Assembly (NCBI GenBank): GCA_965112735.1
Contig: OZ218960.1
Location: 1,612,001-1,676,000 of the forward strand
Direction of reading: 5' to 3'
Length of the DNA stretch: 64,000 nucleotides
From: Phaeosaccion multiseriatum
Lineage: Eukaryota > Protista > Ochrophyta, other classes
The position numbers were made by a program, and so were the translations under genes. Of this stretch, positions 1 through 11,400 are shown piece by piece (position 1 is the first letter of the stretch; each line of letters opens with the position of its first letter). The notes beneath the pieces were generated by a model. The model had not been told where the DNA came from. It searched no databases and worked only from the letters and a program-made list of their open reading frames with translations.

Positions 1-1
1 T

Positions 2-202
2 ATTGAAGACTTGGAGCCTGATACCAACATCTTTTACAACAGCGGCGTGCGGAAGGGTCCCACCGTGGGGGGAAGGACGCTTTGCACAGACATTGGAAGC
101 CTCCTGTACGAGGTTTTCATCATTGCCTTCATGGCTATTCCGTTGCTACCAGCGTCTCTTTACCGCAGGGTCACCCGCGGCAAGACCACCAAGAGCTCTT
201 GA
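2..202 (+). CDS. Probable last exon of a gene entering from the left; C-terminal hydrophobic segment followed by a basic tail
   Basis: Open frame from base 2, IEDLEPDTNIFYNSGVRKGPTVGGRTLCTDIGSLLYEVFIIAFMAIPLLPASLYRRVTRGKTTKSS*; non-repetitive and coding-like. Family not recognised. Confidence 0.45.
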   Translation: MEDLEPDTNIFYNSGVRKGPTVGGRTLCTDIGSLLYEVFIIAFMAIPLLPASLYRRVTRGKTTKSS

Positions 203-1779
203 TTAGGCCTCATTGGGGGAGGTGGGTGGGTGTTGGGCAGCAGCGCAGATGCGGCCGTGCCGCGGGGGGACACTCAGTTGAGGTGGGGGGGCTGCTCTAC
301 AGCTCTATCCACAGAAGCATACATGTACGTACACACATGCACACGTGCATGAGCACGTCGACGCCCCCTCACTTATAGGAATCAACCTAAGAATTACGAG
401 CTGTGAAGCGGCAACAGAGCTTCGGCGTCAGAGCACCTTCCGTCACCAGAAATTTGGGAAAGCCCCGTGTGGACGGAGGAGCGGTATCAGCAGGGGGAGG
501 GGAGGAGCAGCCAACAGCCACCGGCCGGTGGGGAGGAGAGAATGGGGCCTCCCCCACGGGGCGAGGGGGTGTACAGGGGGGCTTAGAGCGTTAGGAGGCG
601 GGGAAGGAATGCGACACTGGCTGCTTCCTCCACAAAGAGAGACAGGGCAGCGCCTCACCCGCGGCATTTCCATCGTGGTGATTGAGGGTAGAGGATATAT
701 AAAGGGGTGGATACGAGAGATTAAGAGCAAGCCGGGTTTTTCTCCTGCCAAAGTGAGACTGTATCGACTGAAACAACACACAAGTTCTTGGCCGTCCGGT
801 GCAGTTACTGTATAGACCATGTTCGTAAGGGCAAACCCACCAGCGTGCACAGAGAGAGAGGCGCCTCAATGACTAAATGAAGGGTCTTGCCTGTGTAGCC
901 TTCGCATTGCCCTCCTTGGGTACGAAAATGGAAGGCTGCTGTCGTCATTAGCACATTCTTGATTTCTTCTTAATTTTATTTTTTAATTTAAAAGAAATCC
1001 ATGTCCTTTTCCTTTTCGCTCAAGCCCTGTGCCCTCCTGTCCTCAAAGTAGACCATCCACCACCAGTCTTCCAAGCGTTCCACCTTCCCCACACTCTCTC
1101 TCTCTCTTCAGAGTACCACCACCGCGAGTCTCAGGCGAAAAGCCCCGTTTTATCCACGAGCCGTGACTGGCTGAGAGCCCTTTCCCTCATCCTTCTCGTC
1201 CTCGTCCTATCATCACCCGCCACCATCCGTCTTCCATGGCGCTACTCCGAGCTTGGGAAGCTCTTATCAAATATGCACCTCCTCCATGATGTGCTTCCCT
1301 CCCCTTGCAGGCCAGCGCGGAGCCGAGTCCACACCGTTGGCGAGCGAGGATGAGAATGTGTACCCCCTTTCATGCCATCTCAATCAGACGCAACATCACG
1401 TAGCACCTCAGCGCTAGCTACTGCCCCTCTGAAACACCTTCCTCGCGATGCGTCGCAAAGAGCTGTCTGTCCGTGGCCAGCAGGCACTGTACACAGCCTT
1501 CATCGTTGAGCCCTTGCCTTGCTCAGAGCCCTTTCCAGTGAGCCCCCTCCAGCAACAAGAGCCAGTGAGCCCTGTTGCGCCGCCTGATAAACGCTCGTCC
1601 CGAGATGAGAAGCACCGCCGCTGGCCTGCCGCCGTTTCCCTCATTGTCAGGCTGGGCTCTTTTAGCGCAGGAGCTCGCGGATTACACCCACATGGCCCCG
1701 CGCAGCCGCCACCCATACTGGCGTGGCACAGGCATGGCACTGGCAGAGCTTCCCGCTGTTGGGAAGAGAGAGAGTGCTG

Positions 1780-2876
1780 TCATGATGAAGATCCTGACGC
1801 TGACCCTGACGATGCACCTGGTCCCGCTAGCCCTCCACCTATGGCGCTACCTGCTGCCTCCGCCATACTCTCCTCGCACCAGGCTGACGCATCCATGCTC
1901 AGTATTCGCAGAGCTTCCTCTTGGGCTGTCCTTGCCCCCCCTTTCCTTCCTCCTCCTACTGCTGTATCAACAGCTGCTGCTCCATTCCCCCCTTCGCGTG
2001 GTGGTGGTGAGAGCATCTTTGAGCCCCCCTTCTCCTCTTGTTTTTGTTGTTGTTGTTTTTGTTGTTGTTGTTGTTGTTGTGGTTGTTGTTGTTGTTGTTG
2101 CTGCTGCTGTTCTTCTTTTGGCGACTTACCGCCTCCAGCCCCATTCCCCTTCCCTTTTCCGTTTTGCCTCTCCTCTCCCCCTCTACTGCTATCGCCATCG
2201 CCATCCTCGTCATCATCATCGTCGTCAGCCGGGTCAAATTGTCCCAGTACCAGATTGGCCAACATTTGCCCTCCATTCACCCAAGGGTGATACTTGTTAA
2301 ACAACTCGGTGCAGTCAATCCCCGCCGCCATTTGAGCGGTCTTGATGCCTCCCGGGTGGTAGTGTATGAAGGGAGTGAGGTTGTAGACCTGGCCCTTGAA
2401 CACGGTCCAGGAGTCGTGCACCGATGTGTGCTGCTTCACCTCTGACATCTTAATCTTCCGCGGCCTGGCTGCTGCTCCGCCGGGTCTTCCAGAGAGGTTG
2501 GTCGCCTTGCTGTTCAATACGTTCCAGTCCTTTTACGAGAGTAATTGGTATGTGTGCCATACAGACAGACAGAAGGGTCGGGGTGAGACAGGACAGAAGG
2601 TGAGCGGAGGTTACACAGATTTTTCAACCCGCCAGCGTCTCTCTACCGTGCGTCCGGCTTTGGGCTGGGGAGGAAGCAATCTTTCACCAGGCAGTACTCG
2701 AGTAGATTAGTAGTATTTCACTGGCGAAGGCATGCTAAACAGGTCCCAGGCTTACTTACCAACATGCTGAACCCTGGCTGCACTCCCATCATCTTCCTCG
2801 GATTCACCGCACCCTTTGGGGGCGAAGGGGCACCTGCTTTGCCACCAGGTGGAGGCATTGTGTCTCCCCCGGCCAT
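1780..2876 (-). CDS. Cytochrome b5 heme-binding domain protein (CYB5R4/RLF-like N-terminus) with a low-complexity tail; 2 exons (2876-2760, 2529-1780)
   Basis: The spliced product gives QPGFSML|DWNVL, then EVKQH...DSWTVFKGQVYNLTPFIHYHPGG...GIDCTELFNKYHPWVN, with both heme-ligating His. GTAAGT donor and AAG acceptor. Confidence 0.9.
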
Positions 2877-3117
2877 ACTTGTTAGTTGGGTGTTAAGGTG
2901 TGATGAGAGAAGAAGATAAATTGAGGAGAGAAGATGATGATGAGAGAAGAGGGGAAAGCACCATAGTATCGTACCACCAACGGCTGTACTTCCCAAGGGG
3001 GTCTCTCGTCCTTCCTCCTTCCTCATCTTATTTTTCAAGGATCTTAGTGCTGTACATGGATTGAGAAGGACAGGGGAGGGTCGAATAAGGGACGAGTGAG
3101 GGTGAAGTGTGCAGGAA

Positions 3118-4955
3118 ATGGCGGAGCACAGCGCGTACGAGCTTGCGCTATCCCTGTTCCGCGCCGAGGAGCACCAAGATGATGTCGCCTTCGTGCAGCG
3201 CATCGTGCGGGCTCTGCAACAGCAGGCTGCCCCCGAAAGCCCTCCCAGTACAAGCAACAGCAGTAGCAGCGTGCCTCTGTGCTCCACGCCTTTATTTCAG
3301 GAGCTGCTGGCGTGCGCGCTGCCTGAAGACTACCACCCCGCCACCGACATTGGCAGAAGGGAAAATGAAGGCCATGTTCTCAAGCAGGTGCTCATTACCC
3401 TCCTTACAGCAGAGCAGATGTGGCAGGACTTTGACCGCCAAGACGCAGAAGAGGGGGCGAGGGGGGGCAAAGCGGCGGCGCAGAGCGGAGGCGGAAGTGG
3501 TGGTGCCAGCGGCAGAGCTGCGGGGGCAGCGAAGCTGCTGCTCAAACTCACAGTGGGCACTCCGCGGAGGGTCTGTCAGTACGCGTTTAAGAAACACGAC
3601 ATTGTGTGGATCTGCAAACAGTGCCAGGTGAGTGAGGGACACTGGAAAGGAGGGGCCCGTACCCTTTGTGGGACGTCTTTTCGGTCCCTCGAAGAAGAGC
3701 TCTGGAGGGACTGCCCGCTTATGCCCTTCCCCCTCCTCCCCCTCCCCTCTCCTCCATAGGCGGACGAGACTTGTGTACTATGCAACGAGTGCTTCAAGAT
3801 GGATCAGCACGAGGGCCATGAAGTCTTCTTCTACCACGCCCAGGCCGGCGGCTGCTGCGATTGTGGCGACCCTGACGCGTGGAACCCGCAGGGATTCTGC
3901 AGCAAGCACGGCCTTGACAACCGAGATCCCCTCCAGGTACATACATGTACAGTAAGTCACGAACTACTACGGGTGTCCTCTTCCTCCTCCTCTTCCTCCT
4001 CCTCCCGTATCACCAACTGGGACTGAAGGTCCACGCCACCCTCATCCACTGCCATCCCACCCCACCCACCCCAGGGGCTTCCCGAGGGCCTGATCTCAGC
4101 CGGGCGAGCTGTACTGGCGGCGGTGCTTGGCTACATCGTGGAGACGTGTAAGATGGCAGTGGACAGCTTCGACCTCGAGGGGCTCGATGCAGAGGCACTG
4201 CAGGGGAAGGAGAAGGAGGCGGCAAGCAAGGTTGGCGACAGCGCACCAATGTACGTATTGTATCACCACATTTGTTTGGTTGAGAGAGAGAGAGAGAGGA
4301 AGTATGGTGCCATCTGCCATCTCTATCCCCTCTCCCTTCTCCCCCGACCCTTCCCGCTCTCCCCCCTCATCCCCTCCCGCCCCCCTTCCCTTCTTTCCTC
4401 CCCTAACCCCGCTCTCCCCCCGCAGACGTCCATACGCCTACTTGATGCTTCAAAACGACGACGTGCACAGCGGGGAGGAGGTGAGTACAGAGCGTACGTC
4501 ATCTGTGAGTGTCTTGGCCCAACCCTTTGGCTTGTTTTTCACTTCGCTGAAGTCCCCCTCCCCCCTCCTCCTAAGCATCTCTCCCGGTACCTACCTATTC
4601 TCATTACCCCCCTCCTGCTAACCCTCAAAACTGCGTCCTCCCCTCTCCCCCATCCTCTGCCATCCCCTTACCCCCCCCCCCGGTCCACTTGCCACCCCGA
4701 CAGGTGAAGCAGGGGCTGACCTCCGAGGCGGGGTTAGACTGGGCGGAAACATCCACCATCACACACACTATGCAAGACGAGTAAGTCAAGGGGATGGCAG
4801 TAGATGTGGGGGAGATGGCAGTAGATGGAGAGTGAGTCAGAGCAGATGCTTCACAGTGCACGAAAGTACCGAGTTCAGTACTGAGTTGGCTTGAGCTCAT
4901 ATTCTTCCAGTTTAGTGCCCTTCACTTCGTGAGGCCAGGTCACCCCAAGTTTTGT

Positions 4956-5028
<73 letters not shown>

Positions 5029-8000
5029 TCGATGCATCCACCCATCTATCTACTGCCATCCATCCAACCATCCATCTACTGCCCATCCATCCCATCTATC
5101 CACTCATCCACTGCCATCCTGTACAAGGGGCGAGGCCAAGGTGATGATTGGCTGCGAAATGCCCTGCCATCAGCGTAGCTTTCAGAGGGCGGGGAGCGTG
5201 GAGGAGCTCAAGAGAGTAGGGCTCGCCCTTCAGGGGAAGGGCTTCCTGGTGAGAGAGAGAGGTGGCAGTTGATGGGAGGGAGGGATGGCAGTGGATGGGA
5301 GGGAGGGATGGCAGTGGATGGGAGGGAGGGATGGAAGTGGATGGATGGAGGGATGGCAGTTGATGGGAGGGAGGGATGGCAGTGGATGGGAGGGAGGGAT
5401 GGATGGAAGGAAGGGATGGCAGTGGATGGGAGCCAAGGAGGGTGGACCTCGCCCTGTCATTGCACTCATCAAACTCTCACACATACACACACTCACACTC
5501 ACTCACACTCACTCACACTCACCCTCTCCCTCACCCTCACAGGTGTCTCTTCGCAGCTACGCCCTCCACCGGCGACAGGAGCGCGTTAGTACCCTCGTAG
5601 AGTGGCTGCACGACATGTCCGCGGTCAGCGACGCCACGTGTCGCCTAGTGTGTGAGCACTTCACCGTCAGCACGTTGGGCACTATTATGAGCGCGGGCTC
5701 CAGGCTGCCGTGGGCACTCACCAGGTGGGGTTGGTCAGTCGGTTCATGGAATGACGTCTTTCATACGTCAGGCATGAGGCGTCATGTGTCATATCCTCTA
5801 TCTTAGGTTTGGAGCTACTTAGCTACGTGCTGCAATCAGGTTTCTGCATGCTTGTACCTGACTCTGGTGGCGGACTCATTACCTAAGTGACGAAGTTACT
5901 CTCTCTCTCACTCTCTCACTCACTCACTCACTCACTCATTCACTCACTGACTCATTTACTCATTCACTCAACCACTCCCTCACTCACTCAACTCACTCAC
6001 TGTCTCGCTCGCTTACTCACTCACTCACTCACTCACTCACTCACTGACTCACTCACTGACACTCACTCACTCACTGACACTCACTCACTCACTCACTCAC
6101 TGACTGACTGGCTCCTCCAATCAATCAGGTCACTGCATGAGCTATACTTGACTCTGATGGCCGATCAGCCCTTCAAGACGCGCATCGCCACCGCCTACGT
6201 CGAGACGCTGGCGGACGTCACGGTACGTACTTGTTGACTTATTGACACACTTCCTTTCTTACACTTCCACTTACTACTACTAACGTGCTTCTTGCTTATA
6301 CATACTTACTTACGTACTTACGCTTATGGACATACTTACGTGTCTCAGCGCAACGCAACTTGCTTGTATATACCTACACATGAGTGCTCTGTATCTGTAC
6401 ACTTCACTCTGGGGAGGCTCATTTGTAAACAAGAGGCTGGAAACTAAGCAGGTCTACAGTACTTAGCTCCTTCTCCCTCCCCCCCTTTCCCCTTACTCCT
6501 CCTCCTCCTCCTCCTCCTCCTCCTCCTCCTCCACCACCACCTCCTCCTTCCTCCCCATCCTCCACAGGCGGACTATGCCAGGGGTGTTGGGGTAGCAGAA
6601 AACTCTCTGTACAGCCTCAGTGTGCAGTTTCTTAATCGGAGCACTTTTGTCAACGATTTGGTGAAGGATCATAATCTGCTTAGGGTACTCAGTAAGTCGC
6701 TGCTGACGACCCTCCTTCCGGCATGTAAAGGTGGTGAGAGTCACAGCAGTGGCGGAGTAGCAGCAACAGCAGCAGCAGCAGCAGGAGGAGGAGGAGGAGG
6801 AGGAGGAGGAGCAGAAGCAGAAGCAGAACGAGGAGAAGGCGGAGAAGGAGCAGCTGATGATAGAGCTGCAGCGGCCGGTGGAGTCAGTGAGCAGCAGCAG
6901 TTGGTGATGCAGCGGGGGGCATCAGGAGCGGCGGCGGGGAGTGCCAACGGTGGTGGTGGTGGTGGTGGTGGTGGTGGTGACGATGATGATGGGTATGATT
7001 TGCCCCTGCCCCTCACTACCCTCAACACGACACACATGGTGATGAAGAGCCGCCGTTACATGCCCATTGTTGCCGACATGAAGTGCGTACTGAACATCGA
7101 TGGTGTGCCGAGACGCTTCGTGGGGCAGTGCTTCGACGACGTACTGCATGTGCTGACGCTGGTGAGAGAGAAGGGGGGGGAGGGGTGAGAGAGAGGGGGA
7201 GTGGTGAGAGGGAGGGAGCGAGAGAGAGGCGATAGACTGGCCTGCCAACCTGGAGACACGTCTCCTCTCCTTTCCCTCGGTTTCCGCCCATCCCGAGTCT
7301 CTCGTCCTCCCCTGGAACTGAAACTGCAACGCCCCTAACCGTGCCCCGGCGTCATTCCTCTTTCTCCTTTCATCTACTGCCATCCACTACCATCCACTTT
7401 CCTCCCACCGTCTCAACTAAATCCCTCCCTCCCTCCCTCCCTCCCTCCCTCTCCCTCTCTATCTCTGTCTCCCTCCCCCTCCCTCTCTTCCTCCCTCTCT
7501 CTCTCCCTCCCTTCCTCCCTCTCTGTCTATCCCTCCCTCCCTCCCTCCCTCCCGCTCCTTCTTTGACTGTACAATGTACAATGTACAATGTATCTCAGGT
7601 GCAACGCATGAACCCTCAGACACGCGTGCTGTCCAGTCACGTGGAGTATGAGTCTCGCGAGTGGATGCACGCCTTTAACGTCAATATCAGCCTCTCTAGT
7701 GTATCGGGTACGTGGGTGTGTGTGTGTGTGTGTTTGTGGGTATGTGTGTAATGTGTGCGTGTGAGTGTGTGTGTGGGTGTGGCTTCTCCGTTTTTCTCCG
7801 TTTCCCCCCTGTGAGGCTCTCACGACTCGCTCTACGCCAACTGTGATACCACTGTGATCGTACTACCAACTGTGATGCCGCTGCGACTGACTGTACCACC
7901 AATTGTGACGGACTGTGTACTACCAACTGCCCACTCATCACCAGACTTCATCGTGAGCTGGCTGAGAGACCCTCTGCAGGCCTCCGCGGACGCCGCCGCG

Positions 8001-8404
8001 GGCACCGGCGACAACAGTAGCTCTGTCGGTGGAGGAGGAGCAGCAGGAGTAGGAGGAGGGGGGGGAGGAGGAGGAGGCTATAGCGCAACAGCCTCAGGTT
8101 CGGCTTCATCATCATCATCATCATTATCATCATCATGGTCTGATCTTCCCACAGCCATGCAAGCGCTCACAAGGGTGTTCCGCTGCCTGAGGGAGTGGCA
8201 TCGCCAGGTCCAACTTAAGCAGTTGGTGGTACAGCAGCAGCAGCAGGCCAAGATGGCGCTGTTGTGCTTTCCCCTAAGTGAGTTGACTCCTCCACCGGTT
8301 TCCTCAACCACCTCCTCCTCCTCCTCCTCCTCCTCCTCCTCCTCCTCCTCCTCCTCCTCCTCCTCCTCCTCCTCCCCCTCCCCCTCCTCCTCCTCCTCCT
8401 CCTC

Positions 8405-8435
<31 letters not shown>

Positions 8436-11400
8436 TCCCCCTCCCCCTCTTCTTCCTCCTCTTCCCACCTCCTAACTCCTATCCTGATTTCTAACACGTA
8501 TGCGTACACGTCCCCTGGCCAGGCTTGCTGCAGGTACCTGTGCCCCCCCTGGGGCGAAGCTTCCACCTCCACCTTCACCGCTTCTTCGGCGCCCTCGTCA
8601 GAGAAGCGTGCAAGCAGGAGGAGCGAATTAATGACTTATGGGCCCTTAACAGCTTGCTGGGCAGGCATCAGGACACTACCATAGCTATGGTGAGGGGGGG
8701 ATAAGAGACAGAAAAGAGAGGAGGAGGGTGAGGTGGAGAAGGAGAAGGAGGAAGGGGAGGAGGAGGAGGAGGAGGAGGAGGAGGAGGAGGAGGAGGAGGA
8801 GGAGGAGAAGTAGACAAAGGGCTGGGCGGTATAGTGTAGGCGATATCCCCTTCCCTACCTTACTGGTACCTGCTCTCAGCTCCCTCCTCTTCCATTCACC
8901 CTTCCTCTCCCTCCCGCCCTCCATCCATCCATCCATCCATCCATCTCTCTCTATCTATGGCTACACAGGTGGATGCTCCTCTCCTCGTGCTTCAATTCGC
9001 TGCCGAAATTAAAGCGGGCATGTGGAGGAGGAACGGTGGGAACATGATGGACCAACTGCTCAATTACTCAGAGGCGCCTTTCTGCAAGGTGTTCAGAGAC
9101 TTGGATCTGGTGAGTGGGAGGGGAGGGAAGAGGGGAGGGGGGGGGGGGGGGAGAGGGGAGGAAAGGGGGAGGGGAGGGGGAGGAGAGAGGAAGAGGGATA
9201 GAGGGAAAGAGTTGTGGAGAGGGAGAACAGAGAGAGCGAGAAGGGTAAGAGAGAGGGACGGAGAGAGAAGGGGATAAGAGAAGGAGAAAGGAATGGTGGA
9301 GATTCGTCTTCTTGTAGCTCCGTCAACAACGCGCTCAATGTCCCCTCCCACCCTCTTGCCTTGCTCCTCCACAGGTTGTGATTCAATGCGGTGCCCTCAC
9401 CCTTGGCCCGGCCAGGCTCATTTCTCTTGTTCTGCACCGCTTCCACTGCTTCAAGTGGATGTTCGATGAGTATCGTCACCTCAGGGTGGTTCGAAAGGGG
9501 CAGCGTTTCGTGCTTCAGTTGCAACAGCAGCAGGGACAGCAGCAGGGACAGCAGCAGAGGCTAGGGCAAGGCACAGGGGCAGCAGTTGGTGGTACAGCGG
9601 GGGCGGGGGGTGGGGATTCACGAGAAGGACCTCCCCAGGAGGAGCAGCATCATTTCTTGCCCCGATTCCATTTCCCCCCCATGCCTCACCTCGCCTCTTC
9701 TTCTTCTTCTGCTGCTGCTGCTGCTGCTGCTGTATCACCAGCTGCTGAGGCTGAGGGTGCACCAGCAGCAGAGGGCGGGAGGGGGAGGGCGAGTGGGGTT
9801 GGCGACGGCGAAGGGCATGGTGGTAGTGGTGGAGGGGTTGGTTCTTCAACGGTTTCACCACCGACCCCACAGGACGACATGATGGCGATTGATGATTATG
9901 CCATTGAAATGACAGAGGAGACGGGGGAGGAGGAGGAGGAGGAGGAAGAGGAGGAGGGGGGGCAGTTGGTGATACAGCAGGGGCATCGTCCAAGACGGAC
10001 GTTGCTGGGCAAGAGGTTGGGCAAGAAGCGACCCAAACAGGTGCGGTACAACGATGTATTAACATCAAGCATGAACCGAATCCAGGCCAAGCCAACCACA
10101 TCCAACCCAAACCAGCCCATCCAAACCTAACTGCCTCCCTCTCCCTCCCTCCCTCCCTTCCCCCCTCTCTCTCCCTGAACCTAACCCTTGCCCCAACGAG
10201 CAGCCTCTCATCGACGCAGAGCAGCAGCTAGTCTTGGCCGAGGAAGCTTTGCTCCTTCTCATCCTCCTCGTCAGTGAAATGCCCCCCCCTGCTGACACGC
10301 CTCAGCCGTTGAGGGGGCGGCAGGGGCAGGAGTTGCAGGTGAGCAGCAGCAAAGAGGAAGAGGAGGAGGAGGAGGAGGAGGAGGAGGAGGCGGAGGAGGC
10401 GGAGGATGGGAGGAGGAGGAGGGGGAGGAGGAGAAGAAGGAGGATGAGAAGGAAGGGAAGGAGGAGGAGGGATTGAGGCTTACATACTGAAACCGAAGCT
10501 CTCTCTCTCTCTCTCTGCAGGTGAACGGGCGGGTGGTGCAGCAGCTGAGGAGAGAACTCGTGCACAGACTCGCGAGCGGACCTTGTACACACAGGTGAGG
10601 GAGGGTGAGAGGGTGAGTGAGGGTTGGGTGGGGTGAGATGAGATGAGAGAGAGAGTTGAGAGAGGGAGACACAGTGAAAGGGGACAGGATTGGGTTGAGT
10701 GGGGTGAGGGGGAGGATCAGAGAGGGTCGGGTGGGGTGAGGTGAGAGAGAGGGTGAGATGGGAGGAGAGAGTGAGAGAGGGTGAGGGAAGCTGAGGACGG
10801 ACGGGGTTCGGTGGTGTGAGCAAGGGTGTGAGGGTGAGGTGAGAGCGTGAGACCACATGGTGTCTCACTCACCCACCCTCTGTCCTGACACCCATCATAT
10901 GCCTGCCCATATGCCTGCCTCTGTCCTGACACTCCCCACTCCTCAGTGAGCTGCAGGACAGCTGCCACATGGTGTCTCAGGGCGAAGAGGTGGTCTCCGA
11001 GGTGATGGAGATGCTTCTCAATGAGATTGCCATCCTTAGAGAGAGCTCCTCGGCCATGGAGCCGGGCCGCTTTGAGCTCAAGAAGGCACTCTACGACACG
11101 GAGTATGATCCTACTTTTGGGCACATGACCCTGCAGGCGCATCAGATGGCCAGCGAGAAGCGGTAAGATGGGAGAGATTGGATAGTCTTGGTGGTTGGAT
11201 TGGACGTAGCCTTGTTGTGGATAGCCTTGGAAGCGGTAGCATAGGAAGATGGGGTGGGGTGTATGGTAGCGCTAATGATCTCTCGGAGTTAGGAAATTAA
11301 AGCAACTACAAGTTGTGGAGGCGGGTGAGTGAACGTGTGAGTGATTACTGAAGTGGGGGATGTGCTGTATATACTATGCGTCTGGTCTGAAAGATGGGGG

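Noticed and set aside
345-1779. Several ORFs of 90-280 aa between the first partial gene and cytochrome b5
   Set aside because: No recognisable motifs or consistent splice path; several are antisense shadows of the cytochrome b5 exon.
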